This document shows positions 8,372 through 18,883 of a DNA stretch of 64,000 nt, one piece after another. This stretch comes from an uncultured Planctomycetia bacterium. GTDB taxonomy: Bacteria > Omnitrophota > Gorgyraeia > 2-02-FULL-51-18. The translations under genes and the position numbers were made by a program. Position 1 is the first letter of the stretch. Each line of letters starts with the position of its first letter. Where the stretch lies: contig CAZVNB010000033.1 in NCBI GenBank assembly GCA_964628355.1, positions 4,965 to 68,964 on the forward strand, read 5' to 3'. The notes beneath the pieces are model-generated. The model had not been told where the DNA came from and made no database searches. It was given only the letters and a program-made list of their open reading frames with translations.

Positions 8372-10381
8372 TTATAATTCCCAGGCTGTTTTGTACGCAT
8401 TGACGGATTCGGCGTATTGGATGAACTCTTTGTAAAATGGAAGCGAGGACAACGTAGCGCCGTCACCGATCACGATTAATTTTCGTCGGGCGCGCGTCAT
8501 GGCCACGTTCATCCGCCGCGTGTCGTTTAAAAAGCCAAGTTCCCCCGTGAGATTGGAGCGCACCAACGAAACAATCACCAGCTCTTTCTCCCGCCCTTGA
8601 AATCCATCCACGCTGTCAATCTCGAGCTCCGGCATGGGAAACAGATTTGAAAGCAAGCGAACTTGCGCGCTGTAAGGACTGATCACGGCAATTTCACTCT
8701 CGGGAACGCCGAAGTCGATCATTTTTTTTAGCTCGCCAATCACCAGTTCGGCCTCTTCAGGGTTGTAACGACTCTCGGATCCGGTTTCAAGTCTTTCCTC
8801 AAATCCTTTTCCGGCAGTATCGATAAAAAGAAGTGGCTCGGTGGTGTCCAAATTTTTTTGCACGCCGGACAGGGTAGAAAGCGTTTGAGATTTCACGGAC
8901 GGGTCGGCCACTAGCAGATTTTTATAAAACATTTTTGATGAAAAACCCATGATTTTCTCATTCATCCGGTATTGACGATTCAGCAGCGTTCGAAATTCCG
9001 GCGCGAGAACTTTGTAAAAACGTTCGAAAAGCGTAATCCCCAGCCCTTTTTGCTCGGCTTCTTTTGAACGCACCGTGGGCGGAAGCTGGAAATGATCCCC
9101 TGCCATTACCAATTTGTTCGCATGCGTAACCGGAATCCAACTGATCGGCTCGGTCGCCTGAGTCGCTTCATCGATTATCACCCAGTCAAATTGTTTTTCA
9201 CGCACGGCGTGGTCTTGTATGGCTGTCAAAGTTCCAATGAATACTTGAGCCTCTTTCATAACAACTTTAAATATCTCTTTGTGTAACGTTTGGATTTCCT
9301 GCTTTAGAAGCGAAATTTCACGTCCAAGCGCCTGCTCTTCTTTTCGCCCGGGACTTCGTCTTTCCTTGTATCGGGTTTTCTTTTTCTTGAGCCGTGAAAA
9401 CTCGGCTTCCGCCCGGTGAATGTCCTTGGTAAGTGGATGCAATGCTAATTTAAAATCAAGTGTATGTTCCCTCAAATGGCCGGCAATACGTGCAGGATGA
9501 CCAAGTCTTAAAACATTGATTCCTTTTTCCACGGCCCGTTCTAAAATATTGTCACAGGCCGTATTGCTGGGAGCCGCCACAAATACAGATTCTTTTTTCG
9601 CCAGTGCCTGGCGAATGATTTCTATCAAAACGGTGGTTTTGCCGGTTCCTGGCGGTCCATGCACCAGCGCAACGTCTTTGGCTGAAAGCGCGTTTAGCAC
9701 GGCTTGTTTCTGCGAAACATTCAGACCGTTGTCAAACCAGTGAATTTTTTCTGGGTCGACGTTTTCAAGAGCGGGTTTTTTAATTTCCAGAGAAATATCC
9801 CGAAGCCAGGCCAAGCGCGTATTTTGAGTTTGATACAGAGCTTCCATGGTTTCGTTGATGCGTTTGTACGTGCCACGGTTTACCGAACGATGCAGCTGGA
9901 AATTTCCATCGTCCAACCAATCAGGCAACTGGTCATAAAACGCCACTGTAATCGTCTGGGCTGATTTTTCGTAAACCGTGCCGGAAGGGTACTCTTCAAA
10001 ATTGGCGGATTCAGGAACTAAATTCACTCTATCCCCGACTTCCAGCGAAAAAATAGGAAGCGGCATGTCGTTTTTTCGGATGAATGTGGCCAACACATGG
10101 CCGGCAGGGCTATAATGACGCTCATGAAGTTCCAAATGCAATAGCGCCTTTCCGCGCAACTCACGTTCGGCGGGGCCCAGATTCGTGAATTCTTTGCGAA
10201 TCTCTTCAAATTCTTCGCGCTCCTCGATTTGAACCAGACTTTTTAAGAAAAGGAAGTATTCTTTATCCAGTGGAGGGAGTCCCAAAAGATCCAGATTCTT
10301 CGTTGATAATCTGAACGGCCTTGCGGTTGTTGGTAGTGGAGAAAACGCCGATAATTTTAAATCCGTCGCTGCTGGTGCCAT
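8372..10381 (-). CDS. Superfamily 1 (Upf1/IGHMBP2-like, AAA_11/AAA_12) DNA/RNA helicase
   Basis: Walker A LVHGPPGTGKTT, DEAT (VIIDEATQA) and C-terminal GFQGREKELVIVSLVRSN ... AMTRARRKLIVIGD motifs. An N-terminal ~230-aa beta-barrel-like region is typical of Upf1-like helicases. The true start is probably downstream of the listed M, reducing the overlap with the ACT gene. Confidence 0.8.
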   Translation of the reverse strand: MAPAATDLKLSAFSPLPTTARPFRLSTKNLDLLGLPPLDKEYFLFLKSLVQIEEREEFEEIRKEFTNLGPAERELRGKALLHLELHERHYSPAGHVLATFIRKNDMPLPIFSLEVGDRVNLVPESANFEEYPSGTVYEKSAQTITVAFYDQLPDWLDDGNFQLHRSVNRGTYKRINETMEALYQTQNTRLAWLRDISLEIKKPALENVDPEKIHWFDNGLNVSQKQAVLNALSAKDVALVHGPPGTGKTTVLIEIIRQALAKKESVFVAAPSNTACDNILERAVEKGINVLRLGHPARIAGHLREHTLDFKLALHPLTKDIHRAEAEFSRLKKKKTRYKERRSPGRKEEQALGREISLLKQEIQTLHKEIFKVVMKEAQVFIGTLTAIQDHAVREKQFDWVIIDEATQATEPISWIPVTHANKLVMAGDHFQLPPTVRSKEAEQKGLGITLFERFYKVLAPEFRTLLNRQYRMNEKIMGFSSKMFYKNLLVADPSVKSQTLSTLSGVQKNLDTTEPLLFIDTAGKGFEERLETGSESRYNPEEAELVIGELKKMIDFGVPESEIAVISPYSAQVRLLSNLFPMPELEIDSVDGFQGREKELVIVSLVRSNLTGELGFLNDTRRMNVAMTRARRKLIVIGDGATLSSLPFYKEFIQYAESVNAYKTAWEL

Positions 10382-10694
10382 AGACGTATCGCACTTCGAT
10401 ATTATTCGACCCGAGCAGCCGAGCGACGGGCGCTAATGTGCCCACTTTGTTTTCAAATTCGACCACGACCACGTCGCGCGCGACAGCTTTCGGCGCCAGG
10501 TGTTTCAAAGCCGTTTTCGCCTTTTTCGCATCGCGCGTGATAATTTGAAAGTACCCCCTATTTTTTACCGCGTACGCACAAAGATGGATGATATAAACAC
10601 CGGCCATCGCCAAGGTCGCCGTGATTTGACCCAGTAGACCCGTTTCATTTTTGATTTCGAAATAAAGTTCTTTTTCGAGAGTGGCTCTAGCCAT
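10263..10694 (-). CDS. ACT-domain pair protein
   Basis: Two tandem ~65-aa units with the ACT-like pattern (EIKNETGLLGQITATLAMAGVYI ... and EFENKVGTLAPVARLLGSNNIEV ...). Located between pyrF and the helicase. Confidence 0.5.
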   Translation of the reverse strand: MARATLEKELYFEIKNETGLLGQITATLAMAGVYIIHLCAYAVKNRGYFQIITRDAKKAKTALKHLAPKAVARDVVVVEFENKVGTLAPVARLLGSNNIEVRYVYGTSSDGFKIIGVFSTTNNRKAVQIINEESGSFGTPSTG

Positions 10695-11403
10695 GAGATA
10701 TCTCCTTCAATATTTTCTCAGCCGCAACCAGGGGCTGAGGATGTTGCGTGATCGGGCGACCCACCACGATATAATCAGCCCCAAAAGCTATTGCCTCTTT
10801 GGGCGTCACGATGCGTTTTTGGTCCCCATGAGGCGCCCAAACAGGACGAACGCCCGGTGTTACGATAAGAAAATTTTTTCCTGTCACGCCTCGGATCAAT
10901 TTAATCTCCTGACCGGAGGCCACCACGCCGTCCAAGCCACAGCGCTGCACCAACACCGCCAAATCCTGTGCTTCTCGTTTCACTTTTTTTTTGATGCCGA
11001 TCTCTTTTAAATCCATATCCGTTAAACTTGTCAGAACCGTTACACCGAGAACTTTGGGAGGCGGAATTTTCTTTTCACTGGCGATTTTATGCACCGCCTG
11101 CATGGAAGTGTACATCATTGTTTTTCCACCCAGCGCGTGCACGTTCATCATAAAAACACCCATTTTCGTCGCCGCCTCGCAGGCCGAACCCACCGTGTTC
11201 GGGATATCGTGAAATTTGAGGTCAAGAAATACGCGGCATTGATAGGAATGAATCATCTCGACAGCCGCAGGTCCTACGGATGTGAAAAGCTCCTTGCCAA
11301 CCTTGAAAATTTTGACCAGGGGGGAAATTTTTTTGACGATTTTCTCCGCTTCGGTCAAATCTGAAAAATCGAGCGCGACCATGAGCACGTCTTCTTTTTT
11401 CAT
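10687..11403 (-). CDS. pyrF: Orotidine 5'-phosphate decarboxylase
   Basis: 238 aa; LMVALDF, FKVG, DLKFHDIPNTV and GADYIVVGRPI motifs. Confidence 0.9.
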   Translation of the reverse strand: MKKEDVLMVALDFSDLTEAEKIVKKISPLVKIFKVGKELFTSVGPAAVEMIHSYQCRVFLDLKFHDIPNTVGSACEAATKMGVFMMNVHALGGKTMMYTSMQAVHKIASEKKIPPPKVLGVTVLTSLTDMDLKEIGIKKKVKREAQDLAVLVQRCGLDGVVASGQEIKLIRGVTGKNFLIVTPGVRPVWAPHGDQKRIVTPKEAIAFGADYIVVGRPITQHPQPLVAAEKILKEISHG

Positions 11404-11439
11404 GGGGTTGCCTCCTTCATTGCCGGCGATTGACCATTT

Positions 11440-12378
11440 TTAAACCTTGATCGATCCGATCAGCTCTTTGAGATTTTTTAATTTTTCCTTTTTCATGAAA
11501 TTCTCCAAACCTTCAAGCAGTTCAAGTGTAATCGAAGGATTCATGAAATTAGCCGTGCCGACCTGCACCGCCGAAGCGCCTGCGATCAAAAACTCGAGCA
11601 TATCTTCGGTCCGAACGATTCCGCCCATTCCTAGCACCGGAATTTTGATCTTTTTACAGACTTCCCACGTCATTCGCACCGCAATCGGCCTCACACACGG
11701 TCCAGATAAACCCCCGGTTTTGTTCGCTAAAACGGGTCTGCGGGTTTTCACGTCAATAGCCATGGCAATAAAAGTATTGATCAGAGAAACCGCGTCCGCG
11801 CCGGCGCGTTCTGCGGCTATCGCCATTTTGCTGATGTCCGATACATCGGGCCCCAATTTTGCAATCAACGTTTTATCTGTCACCTGCCGCGTCGCCGAGA
11901 CGACTTTTTCGATCATGCCCTCGTCATGCGCGAACATTTTAACAAGAGTCAATGCTTCGGACTTCACGCTATAAGGAACGTTCGGACAAGATAAATTTAA
12001 TTCAAATCCATCAATGCCTTCGGCTTGATTCAAAATTTCGACAACCGAAACAAATTCTTCGGTGCTATAACCCATCACGCTCACAATAATCGGAATGTTC
12101 AGCTTCCGCAGATAAGGAAGTTTCTCTTCGATAAATTTTTCAGCTCCGGGATTTTGTAAACCAATCGCGTTCAGCATGCCAGAGGGCGTCTCGACAATGC
12201 GAGGAGGAGGGTTCCCGAGTCGGGGTTTGAGAGTAATGGTTTTGGTGACAATTCCGCCCAATCGTTTTAAATCGAAGAAATTTTCAAATTCTTTCGCGTG
12301 GCCGAATGTGCCAGAAGCCGCCAGCACAGGGTTTAGAAGCTTAATTTTCCCTATTTGTACGGAGATATCTAATCCCAT
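11440..12378 (-). CDS. pyrD: Dihydroorotate dehydrogenase catalytic subunit (class 1B)
   Basis: NPLVLASGTFG-like N-terminus, GLQNPG, NLSCPNV and GGI motifs. The likely start is MGLDISVQ (12378), not the listed upstream M. Confidence 0.9.
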   Translation of the reverse strand: MGLDISVQIGKIKLLNPVLAASGTFGHAKEFENFFDLKRLGGIVTKTITLKPRLGNPPPRIVETPSGMLNAIGLQNPGAEKFIEEKLPYLRKLNIPIIVSVMGYSTEEFVSVVEILNQAEGIDGFELNLSCPNVPYSVKSEALTLVKMFAHDEGMIEKVVSATRQVTDKTLIAKLGPDVSDISKMAIAAERAGADAVSLINTFIAMAIDVKTRRPVLANKTGGLSGPCVRPIAVRMTWEVCKKIKIPVLGMGGIVRTEDMLEFLIAGASAVQVGTANFMNPSITLELLEGLENFMKKEKLKNLKELIGSIKV

Positions 12379-13253
12379 AATATCTCCGAAGATTTGAACA
12401 CGGGACCTTCCGTGCATGCAATCGCAAAACGAAAACCAGACTGGAGACTGGAGGCTGGGGACTGGAGGCTATTTTCTTTGGTCTGCAGTCTGCCGTCTGC
12501 GGTCTGTTGTCTTACTTTGATCGCACATCCCAGACACGCCCCGAACCCGCAAGCCATCGGCACTTCCACGGATACTTCGCAAGGCACTTTGTATTTCTCG
12601 GAAATGGCAGAGACTGCTTTTAACATCTGGGTAGGACCACAACTATAGATTTGAGACTGGAGACTGGAGACTGGAGACTGGAGACTACGGTTCAAGAGCT
12701 CAGTAATAAATCCACGGTGACCTTTAGAACCATCGTCCGTGGCAATAAACACATTCACGCCAAGTTTTTTAAATTCTTTTTCGCAAAGCAAAAGCGTTTT
12801 ATGACGCGCTCCGAGCATCACATTCGTTTCCGCAATGTTGGCGGCCTTGTTTTTTATCAGAGTTTCAGCCAAATGGTAGAGTGGAGGAATCCCCACACCG
12901 CCGCCCACCAAAAAAATGTTTGTCTTCCGTCTCCTGTCTGCAGTCTGCGGTCTTGAGTTGAACCCCTTTCCCAAGGGCCCGATCACGTCAAGCGCATCCC
13001 CTTTTTTCACTTTCGACAAAAGTTCGGTGCCCTTGCCAACCATGTGGTAAAGAATTGAAAAAACGTCCTTTTTTGCGGCCAAAAAACTAAAAGGGCGTCC
13101 CAGAAGCGGGTCGTAGGAATTATGCGCGCAAAGAATTTGAACAAACTGGCCCGGACGGGCGGCTGCGGCAATATCCCGCGAGCGCAGTTTGAGCATCCAG
13201 TGGCCGGGAGCTATTTTTTCATTACCAATTACTGAACAATTTTTTTTATACAT
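12369..13253 (-). CDS. pyrK: Dihydroorotate dehydrogenase electron-transfer subunit (FAD / 2Fe-2S), carrying three in-frame repeat-encoded insertions
   Basis: FAD-binding RPFS, nucleotide-binding [11 protein letters not shown] and a C-terminal Cys cluster [10 protein letters not shown] ... C.EGPVF. At 294 aa it is ~40 aa longer than typical PyrK, owing to low-complexity inserts ([46 protein letters not shown]). Confidence 0.85.
   Translation of the reverse strand: MYKKNCSVIGNEKIAPGHWMLKLRSRDIAAAARPGQFVQILCAHNSYDPLLGRPFSFLAAKKDVFSILYHMVGKGTELLSKVKKGDALDVIGPLGKGFNSRPQTADRRRKTNIFLVGGGVGIPPLYHLAETLIKNKAANIAETNVMLGARHKTLLLCEKEFKKLGVNVFIATDDGSKGHRGFITELLNRSLQSPVSSLQSQIYSCGPTQMLKAVSAISEKYKVPCEVSVEVPMACGFGACLGCAIKVRQQTADGRLQTKENSLQSPASSLQSGFRFAIACTEGPVFKSSEILWD
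12437..12954. repeat. Heptamer tandem repeats (AGACTGG)n and their inverted counterparts (GTCTGCN)n embedded in-frame in pyrK
   Basis: 12437-12469 (AGACTGG x4.5) faces 12481-12506 (GTCTGCN x3.5) as an inverted pair. 12654-12683 (AGACTGG x4) and 12922-12954 (GTCTNNN x4.5) form a second, distant pair. Confidence 0.8.
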
Positions 13254-16200
13254 GCGCCGGCAATGACGGGGTTGTGATGTTTTCGTGATACATCTGAAGC
13301 GAGGTCACTTTCATGGACTTTTCTTTCATCGCACGAATGCCGAGCACGGAGGCAATCGACCCCTCGATTGTCGTCACACACGGAACACCACGCGAAACAG
13401 CCAACGAACGAATCACAATTTCATCTTGCCGCGGTTTTTCTCCGCTGGGGGTGTTGATCACCAAATCCAGTTTCGATTGTTGCAGTAAATCAGTCGCGTT
13501 TGGACTTCCCTCTTTGATTTTTTTTAGCTCTTCGGCGGGCACGCCATTTTTCTTTAAGATATCCGCCGTTCCTTTTGTTGCCACTATTTTAAACTTCATC
13601 TCGTAAAGCGCTTTTGCAATCGGAACGATCGCGTTTTTGTCGCGGTCTTTCACGCTGACAAACACGGTGCCTGCCAGAGGCAATGTGGAATTGGCTGCCA
13701 TTTGTGCCTTGGCAAACGCCAACCCAAAATCCACGTCGATCCCCATCACTTCGCCGGTGGATTTCATTTCGGGTCCGAGTAGGATGTCTACGCCGCGAAA
13801 ACGCACAAAAGGAAGCACCACTTCTTTTACCGAATAGTAGAAAGGAGTGATTTCCTTGGTAAAATTCATGTCTTTTAGTTTTTGGCCCACCATGATTTTT
13901 GAAGCAAGTTTGGCCAATGGCACCCCAATGGCCTTGGAAACAAAAGGAATCGTACGCGAAGCGCGCGGATTAACCTCGAGCACGTACACGACGCCTGCTT
14001 TGACGGCAAACTGTACGTTCATAAGTCCGATAACGCCGAGTTCTTTGGCGATCGCGCGGGTCTGGCGTTTGATTTCTTCAATCACTTCTTTGTCCAGGGA
14101 ATACGGCGGAAGCGAACAAGCGCTATCCCCCGAATGAATTCCGGCCTGCTCGATATGTTCCATGACGCCGCCCACAACAAAGGTTTCTCCGTCTGCAATC
14201 ATATCCACGTCCACTTCTTTGGCGCCTTCTAAAAATTGATCCACCAAAATCGGACGATCGTATGAAATATCCGTGGAGCGTTTCATGTAATTTTCAAGAG
14301 ATATCTCGTCATAAATAACTTCCATGGCACGGCCGCCTAGCACATAGGACGGACGCACAAGTACGGGGTAACCGATAGCCGAGGCCTCTTTTTTTGCCTG
14401 TTCAAAATTGACCGCAGTGCCATTGACCGGCTGTTTGAACCCAAGTTTATCGAGCAGTTCTTTGAATTTCTTTCTGTCTTCGGCGCGGTCGATGGCCTCA
14501 GGGCTTGTCCCGATAATCGGGACACCCGCTTTTTTAAGTGATAAAGCGAGGTTGAGCGGCGTCTGCCCGCCAAATTGCACAATGACTCCGTTTGGTTTTT
14601 CCTTATCCACGATGTTCATAACATCTTCGAAGGTGACGGGCTCGAAATAAAGCCGGTCGGATGTGTCATAATCGGTCGAAACCGTTTCGGGATTGCAATT
14701 AACCATGATCGTTTCATATCCGATTTCTTTCAGAGCAAACGCCGCGTGGCAGCAGCAATAGTCGAATTCAATGCCTTGGCCGATGCGGTTGGGCCCTCCG
14801 CCCAAAATCATGATTTTTTTTCTTGAAGTCGTTCGGACTTCATCCTCGGCTTCGTAGGTCGAATAATAATAGGGAGTGAACGCCTCAAACTCCGCCGCGC
14901 AAGTATCGACCAGTTTATAGGAAGGGATAATATCCCATCCCTTTCTTTGTTGCCTGATTTCCGTTTCCGTCTTATGGAATATTTCACCCAATTGAATATC
15001 TGAAAAACCCAGTTCTTTCGCACGCCGCATGGTTTCTTTAGAAATGACGTCGCCGGCTTTGACCATCACCGTGATTTCTTTTTCAAATTCAACGATTTCA
15101 AATAAATTTTCCAAAAACCATCGGTCAATCTTGGTGATCTCGCACAATTTCTCCACGCTCATGCCTTCCAGCAAAGCGCGCTTCAAGTAAGCAAAACGTT
15201 CAGCATTGGGTGTTTTCAGATTTTCGATCAGATCGCCTGTGGCTTGCTTGGATTCGAAACCGGCCACCTTGATCTCAAGACCTCTTAAACCCTTTTGAAA
15301 GGCTTCCTTGAAAGTGCGTCCGATAGACATCACCTCACCCACCGATTTCATCTGCGTTGTCAGCGTGGTGTCTGCGCCCGGAAATTTTTCAAACGCGAAA
15401 CGTGGTATTTTTACGACACAATAATCAATGGCGGGTTCGAAACTCGCGGGCGTTTTTTTCGTGATATCATTCGGGATTTCATCCAGCGTATAACCCACGG
15501 CGAGTTTTGCCGCAATTTTTGCGATCGGAAAACCCGTGGCTTTGGAAGCCAGCGCCGAAGACCGGGACACACGCGGATTCATTTCGATCACGACCATGCG
15601 TCCATCTTTTGGATCGATCGCAAATTGAATGTTCGACCCGCCAGTCTCCACGCCGATTTCGCGGATACAAGCGATCGCCGCATCACGCATTTTTTGGTAT
15701 TCGCGATCGGTGAGCGTCTGAGCCGGGGCCACCGTAATTGAGTCACCCGTGTGCACGCCCATTGGATCAAAATTTTCTATTGAGCAGATAATAACTACGT
15801 TATCCTTTTTGTCGCGCATCAACTCCAGTTCAAATTCTTTCCAACCGACGATTGATTCTTCGATCAAAATTTCATGCGTCATCGAAAGCTGAAGTCCCAA
15901 CGCCGTGATTCTTTGAAATTCTTCCATCGTTGTGGCGATGCCGCCACCCGTGCCGCCCAGAGTAAAGCTGGGACGTATCACAAGAGGTAGCTTGATCTCC
16001 TCCAATACTTTCATGGCTTCTTGCGTGGAGTGCGCAAGGCCCGAGCGTGGAAGATCGAGCCCTATTTTCTGCATCGCTTTTTTAAAAAGTTGGCGATTCT
16101 CCGCTTTTTGAATGGATTCAATATTGACGCCGATCATTTGCACGCTGTATTTTTTGAAAATCCCCGCCTCGGTCGCCTTGACGGCAAGGTTGAGGCCCGT

Positions 16201-16479
16201 TTGTCCGCCAAGCGTCGGAAGCACCGCGTCCGGACGTTCTTCCTGAATGATTTTTTCCAAAAAATCTACCGTGATCGGCTCGATATAAGTGCAGTCTGCC
16301 GTCTGAGGATCCGTCATGATCGTCGCTGGGTTGGAATTAATCAACACAACCTCATAGCCGTCTTCGCGAAGCGCCTTACAAGCTTGCGTGCCGGAATAAT
16401 CGAACTCGCAGGCCTGCCCAATCACGATGGGGCCTGAGCCAATGATGAGAATTTTTTTAATGTCCGTGCGTTTTGGCAT
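13246..16479 (-). CDS. carB: Carbamoyl-phosphate synthase large subunit
   Basis: 1077 aa with two ATP-grasp halves and an MGS-like C-terminal domain. Confidence 0.95.
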   Translation of the reverse strand: MPKRTDIKKILIIGSGPIVIGQACEFDYSGTQACKALREDGYEVVLINSNPATIMTDPQTADCTYIEPITVDFLEKIIQEERPDAVLPTLGGQTGLNLAVKATEAGIFKKYSVQMIGVNIESIQKAENRQLFKKAMQKIGLDLPRSGLAHSTQEAMKVLEEIKLPLVIRPSFTLGGTGGGIATTMEEFQRITALGLQLSMTHEILIEESIVGWKEFELELMRDKKDNVVIICSIENFDPMGVHTGDSITVAPAQTLTDREYQKMRDAAIACIREIGVETGGSNIQFAIDPKDGRMVVIEMNPRVSRSSALASKATGFPIAKIAAKLAVGYTLDEIPNDITKKTPASFEPAIDYCVVKIPRFAFEKFPGADTTLTTQMKSVGEVMSIGRTFKEAFQKGLRGLEIKVAGFESKQATGDLIENLKTPNAERFAYLKRALLEGMSVEKLCEITKIDRWFLENLFEIVEFEKEITVMVKAGDVISKETMRRAKELGFSDIQLGEIFHKTETEIRQQRKGWDIIPSYKLVDTCAAEFEAFTPYYYSTYEAEDEVRTTSRKKIMILGGGPNRIGQGIEFDYCCCHAAFALKEIGYETIMVNCNPETVSTDYDTSDRLYFEPVTFEDVMNIVDKEKPNGVIVQFGGQTPLNLALSLKKAGVPIIGTSPEAIDRAEDRKKFKELLDKLGFKQPVNGTAVNFEQAKKEASAIGYPVLVRPSYVLGGRAMEVIYDEISLENYMKRSTDISYDRPILVDQFLEGAKEVDVDMIADGETFVVGGVMEHIEQAGIHSGDSACSLPPYSLDKEVIEEIKRQTRAIAKELGVIGLMNVQFAVKAGVVYVLEVNPRASRTIPFVSKAIGVPLAKLASKIMVGQKLKDMNFTKEITPFYYSVKEVVLPFVRFRGVDILLGPEMKSTGEVMGIDVDFGLAFAKAQMAANSTLPLAGTVFVSVKDRDKNAIVPIAKALYEMKFKIVATKGTADILKKNGVPAEELKKIKEGSPNATDLLQQSKLDLVINTPSGEKPRQDEIVIRSLAVSRGVPCVTTIEGSIASVLGIRAMKEKSMKVTSLQMYHENITTPSLPAHV

Positions 16480-17578
16480 CCGCGCCTTTCTTAAAATCCG
16501 TCATCATCTCAATAAACTTATCGAAGTGGTGCACAGCATCATGCGGCCCGGGAGCAGCCTCCGGATGGTATTGCACCGAAAATATGGGTAGTTTTTTATG
16601 CTGCATCCCTTCACAGGTGTTGTCATTTAAATTAACGTGGGTCATCATAACATTTTTGTCGGTGATCGAATCCATGTCCACCGCAAAACCATGATTCTGG
16701 GCCGTGATGTGCACACAACCTGACTTAAGATCTTTCACCGGTTGATTGCCGCCATGATGGCCAAATTTGAGTTTGAAAGTTTTTCCGCCAAAAGCCTGGC
16801 CCAAGATTTGATGCCCCAAACAAATTCCGAAGATCGGTATTTCATCCAGCAGCCCTTTTACGGTGTTCACCATGTAAGGAAGCGCTTCCGGGTCGCCGGG
16901 CCCGTTGGATAGAAAAAGTCCATCCGGTTGATAAGATAGAATCTCATTTTTTGTGGTCGTAGCCGGAACAACCTTTACTTGGCAATTTCTCGAAGCCAAA
17001 TTTCTCAAGATATTGAGTTTGATCCCCGAGTCGATGGCTACGACATTAAACTTTCCCTCCCGGTTCCAATCATAAGGCCTTGCGCACATCACTTCCTTGA
17101 TTAAATCACGCCCTAGTAGCCCCGGGGATGAAACCGTTTTTCTCACTAAATTTTTTTCGTTCAGATCCTGGGTAGAAATCGCGCCTTTTTTCGCGCCTTG
17201 TTCGCGCAAATGTTTGGTCAATTTTCGCGTGTCAATGCCTTCGATGCCCACGACGCGATTTCTTTTTAAATAAGAGCCTAACTCTTCGCTCGCGCGCCAG
17301 TTGGAATAAATACGGCTCAGCTCTTTGACGATGAAACCTTCGACAAAAGGCCGCGTCGACTCGACATCCTCTTGGTTGACGCCATAATTGCCAATCAAGG
17401 GGTAAGTCATGCACACCATCTGCCCCTTATAGGAAGGGTCTGTAAGAATTTCCTGATAGCCGGTCATGCTGGTGTTGAATACGACTTCCCCGTAGGCTTC
17501 ACCCTCGGCCCCAAAAGAATACCCGCGAAATGTAAGTCCGTCCTCCAATGCCAGGACTGCTTCTTTTCGCCTCAACAA
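16457..17578 (-). CDS. carA: Carbamoyl-phosphate synthase small subunit (glutamine amidotransferase)
   Basis: CPSase small-chain N-terminal domain plus a class I GATase (GICLGHQ, H..E). The likely start is TTG at 17578, preceded by AGGAGG at a 6-nt spacing; the listed ORF start at 17704 would overlap pyrC extensively. Confidence 0.9.
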   Translation of the reverse strand: MLRRKEAVLALEDGLTFRGYSFGAEGEAYGEVVFNTSMTGYQEILTDPSYKGQMVCMTYPLIGNYGVNQEDVESTRPFVEGFIVKELSRIYSNWRASEELGSYLKRNRVVGIEGIDTRKLTKHLREQGAKKGAISTQDLNEKNLVRKTVSSPGLLGRDLIKEVMCARPYDWNREGKFNVVAIDSGIKLNILRNLASRNCQVKVVPATTTKNEILSYQPDGLFLSNGPGDPEALPYMVNTVKGLLDEIPIFGICLGHQILGQAFGGKTFKLKFGHHGGNQPVKDLKSGCVHITAQNHGFAVDMDSITDKNVMMTHVNLNDNTCEGMQHKKLPIFSVQYHPEAAPGPHDAVHHFDKFIEMMTDFKKGADAKTHGH

Positions 17579-18855
17579 ATCTTTCCTCCTTGCAATACAT
17601 GGCGGCCTTCGCAAAATACGTCCGTGGCCATTCCTTTCATTTTCCAACCTAAGAATGGCGAATTGGTGGACTTGGATTCCAATTTTCCTTTTTCCACCAC
17701 CCACTCGGCATTCGGATCAAACACAGTCACGTCCGCCAAAGTTCCTTCGGATAAATGTCCGCGGTCGATTTTTAAAATCTCTGCGGGGGCAAGTGACATT
17801 TTTTTCACAAGATCGGAAAAACCAAGCACTTTTTCCTCGACAAGTCGAAGCGACAACGAAAGCGAGGTCTCCAGGCCAATAATGCCAAAAGGCGCTTTGT
17901 CAAATTCTGCATCTTTTTCATTGTCCGTATGTGGCGCATGATCAGTGGATATAATATCCAGCGTCCCGTCTTTCAAAGCTTCCTTGATGGCCTGCACATC
18001 GCTGTCGGTGCGCAGCGGCGGGTTCATTTTAGCGTACGTATTATAGTGTAAAACCGCCTCATCGGTGAGATGAAAATAATGGGGACAAGTCTCGGCCGTC
18101 ACGTGCGAACCTTGACGTTTTGCTTGACGAATAATTTCAATCGATTTTTTGCTCGAGATGTGGCAAAAATGTAGCCGTCCACCCGTAAGGTCCGCCAATT
18201 GAATGTCCCGGGCAACTTCAACGCTTTCGGCCTCCACCGGAATTCCAGGAAGACCGAGTTTTGTGGATACAAAACCTTCATTCATACAGCCACCGCAGAA
18301 AAGTCCTTCATCCTGACAATGAACCATCAGCACCAAATCAAATTTTTTTGAATACTCCAGGGCGCGTCTTAAAATATTGGAATCGGTGATTGGCCTGCCA
18401 TCATCGGAAAGCGCAACAGCCCCTCCTTTTTTAAGTTCACCAAATTCCGTAAGTTCTTTTCCCTCCTGTTTTATCGTCACAGCACCCACGGGCCAAAGAC
18501 GGATCAAATGCAGCCTTTGAGCTTCCTGACGCATAAATTCCATATCTGACCGCCTATCTGCCACAGGATTGGTGTTTGGCATCGGGCAAACGCCGGTGAA
18601 ACCGCCTTTAAGTGCCGCCCGCAGCCCCGTTTCGATTGTTTCTTTGTATTCATAACCAGGCTGCCTTAGGTGTACATGCACATCAATGAGACCGGGACAC
18701 ACCACTTTACCTTTAGCATCAATTTCCTTATCTGTTTTTTCTGAAATCGACTTCGCCACCTTCTTGACTTTTTCATTTTCAATTAAAAGATCGAGGATAT
18801 CATCCACTTTATTTTTAGGATCCACCACACGCCCATTCTTGATCAAAATTCTCAT
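17572..18855 (-). CDS. pyrC: Dihydroorotase
   Basis: 427 aa; metal-binding DVHVHLRQPG and the downstream DHAPH signature. Confidence 0.9.
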   Translation of the reverse strand: MRILIKNGRVVDPKNKVDDILDLLIENEKVKKVAKSISEKTDKEIDAKGKVVCPGLIDVHVHLRQPGYEYKETIETGLRAALKGGFTGVCPMPNTNPVADRRSDMEFMRQEAQRLHLIRLWPVGAVTIKQEGKELTEFGELKKGGAVALSDDGRPITDSNILRRALEYSKKFDLVLMVHCQDEGLFCGGCMNEGFVSTKLGLPGIPVEAESVEVARDIQLADLTGGRLHFCHISSKKSIEIIRQAKRQGSHVTAETCPHYFHLTDEAVLHYNTYAKMNPPLRTDSDVQAIKEALKDGTLDIISTDHAPHTDNEKDAEFDKAPFGIIGLETSLSLSLRLVEEKVLGFSDLVKKMSLAPAEILKIDRGHLSEGTLADVTVFDPNAEWVVEKGKLESKSTNSPFLGWKMKGMATDVFCEGRHVLQGGKIC

Positions 18856-18883
18856 TTTAAATTCCCTGTCATTGACAATGGCA

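Noticed and set aside
12437-12954. Heptamer repeat arrays as a CRISPR array
   Set aside because: Units are 7 nt with no spacers, and they lie inside an intact reading frame (pyrK). Not CRISPR.
13285-16437. Numerous plus-strand ORFs of 60-190 aa antisense to carB/carA, and similar antisense ORFs within ppc, glmS, dxs, rny and other large minus-strand genes
   Set aside because: They fall entirely within large conserved minus-strand genes. They have no RBS and no recognisable domains, and their composition mirrors the opposite strand. Spurious.
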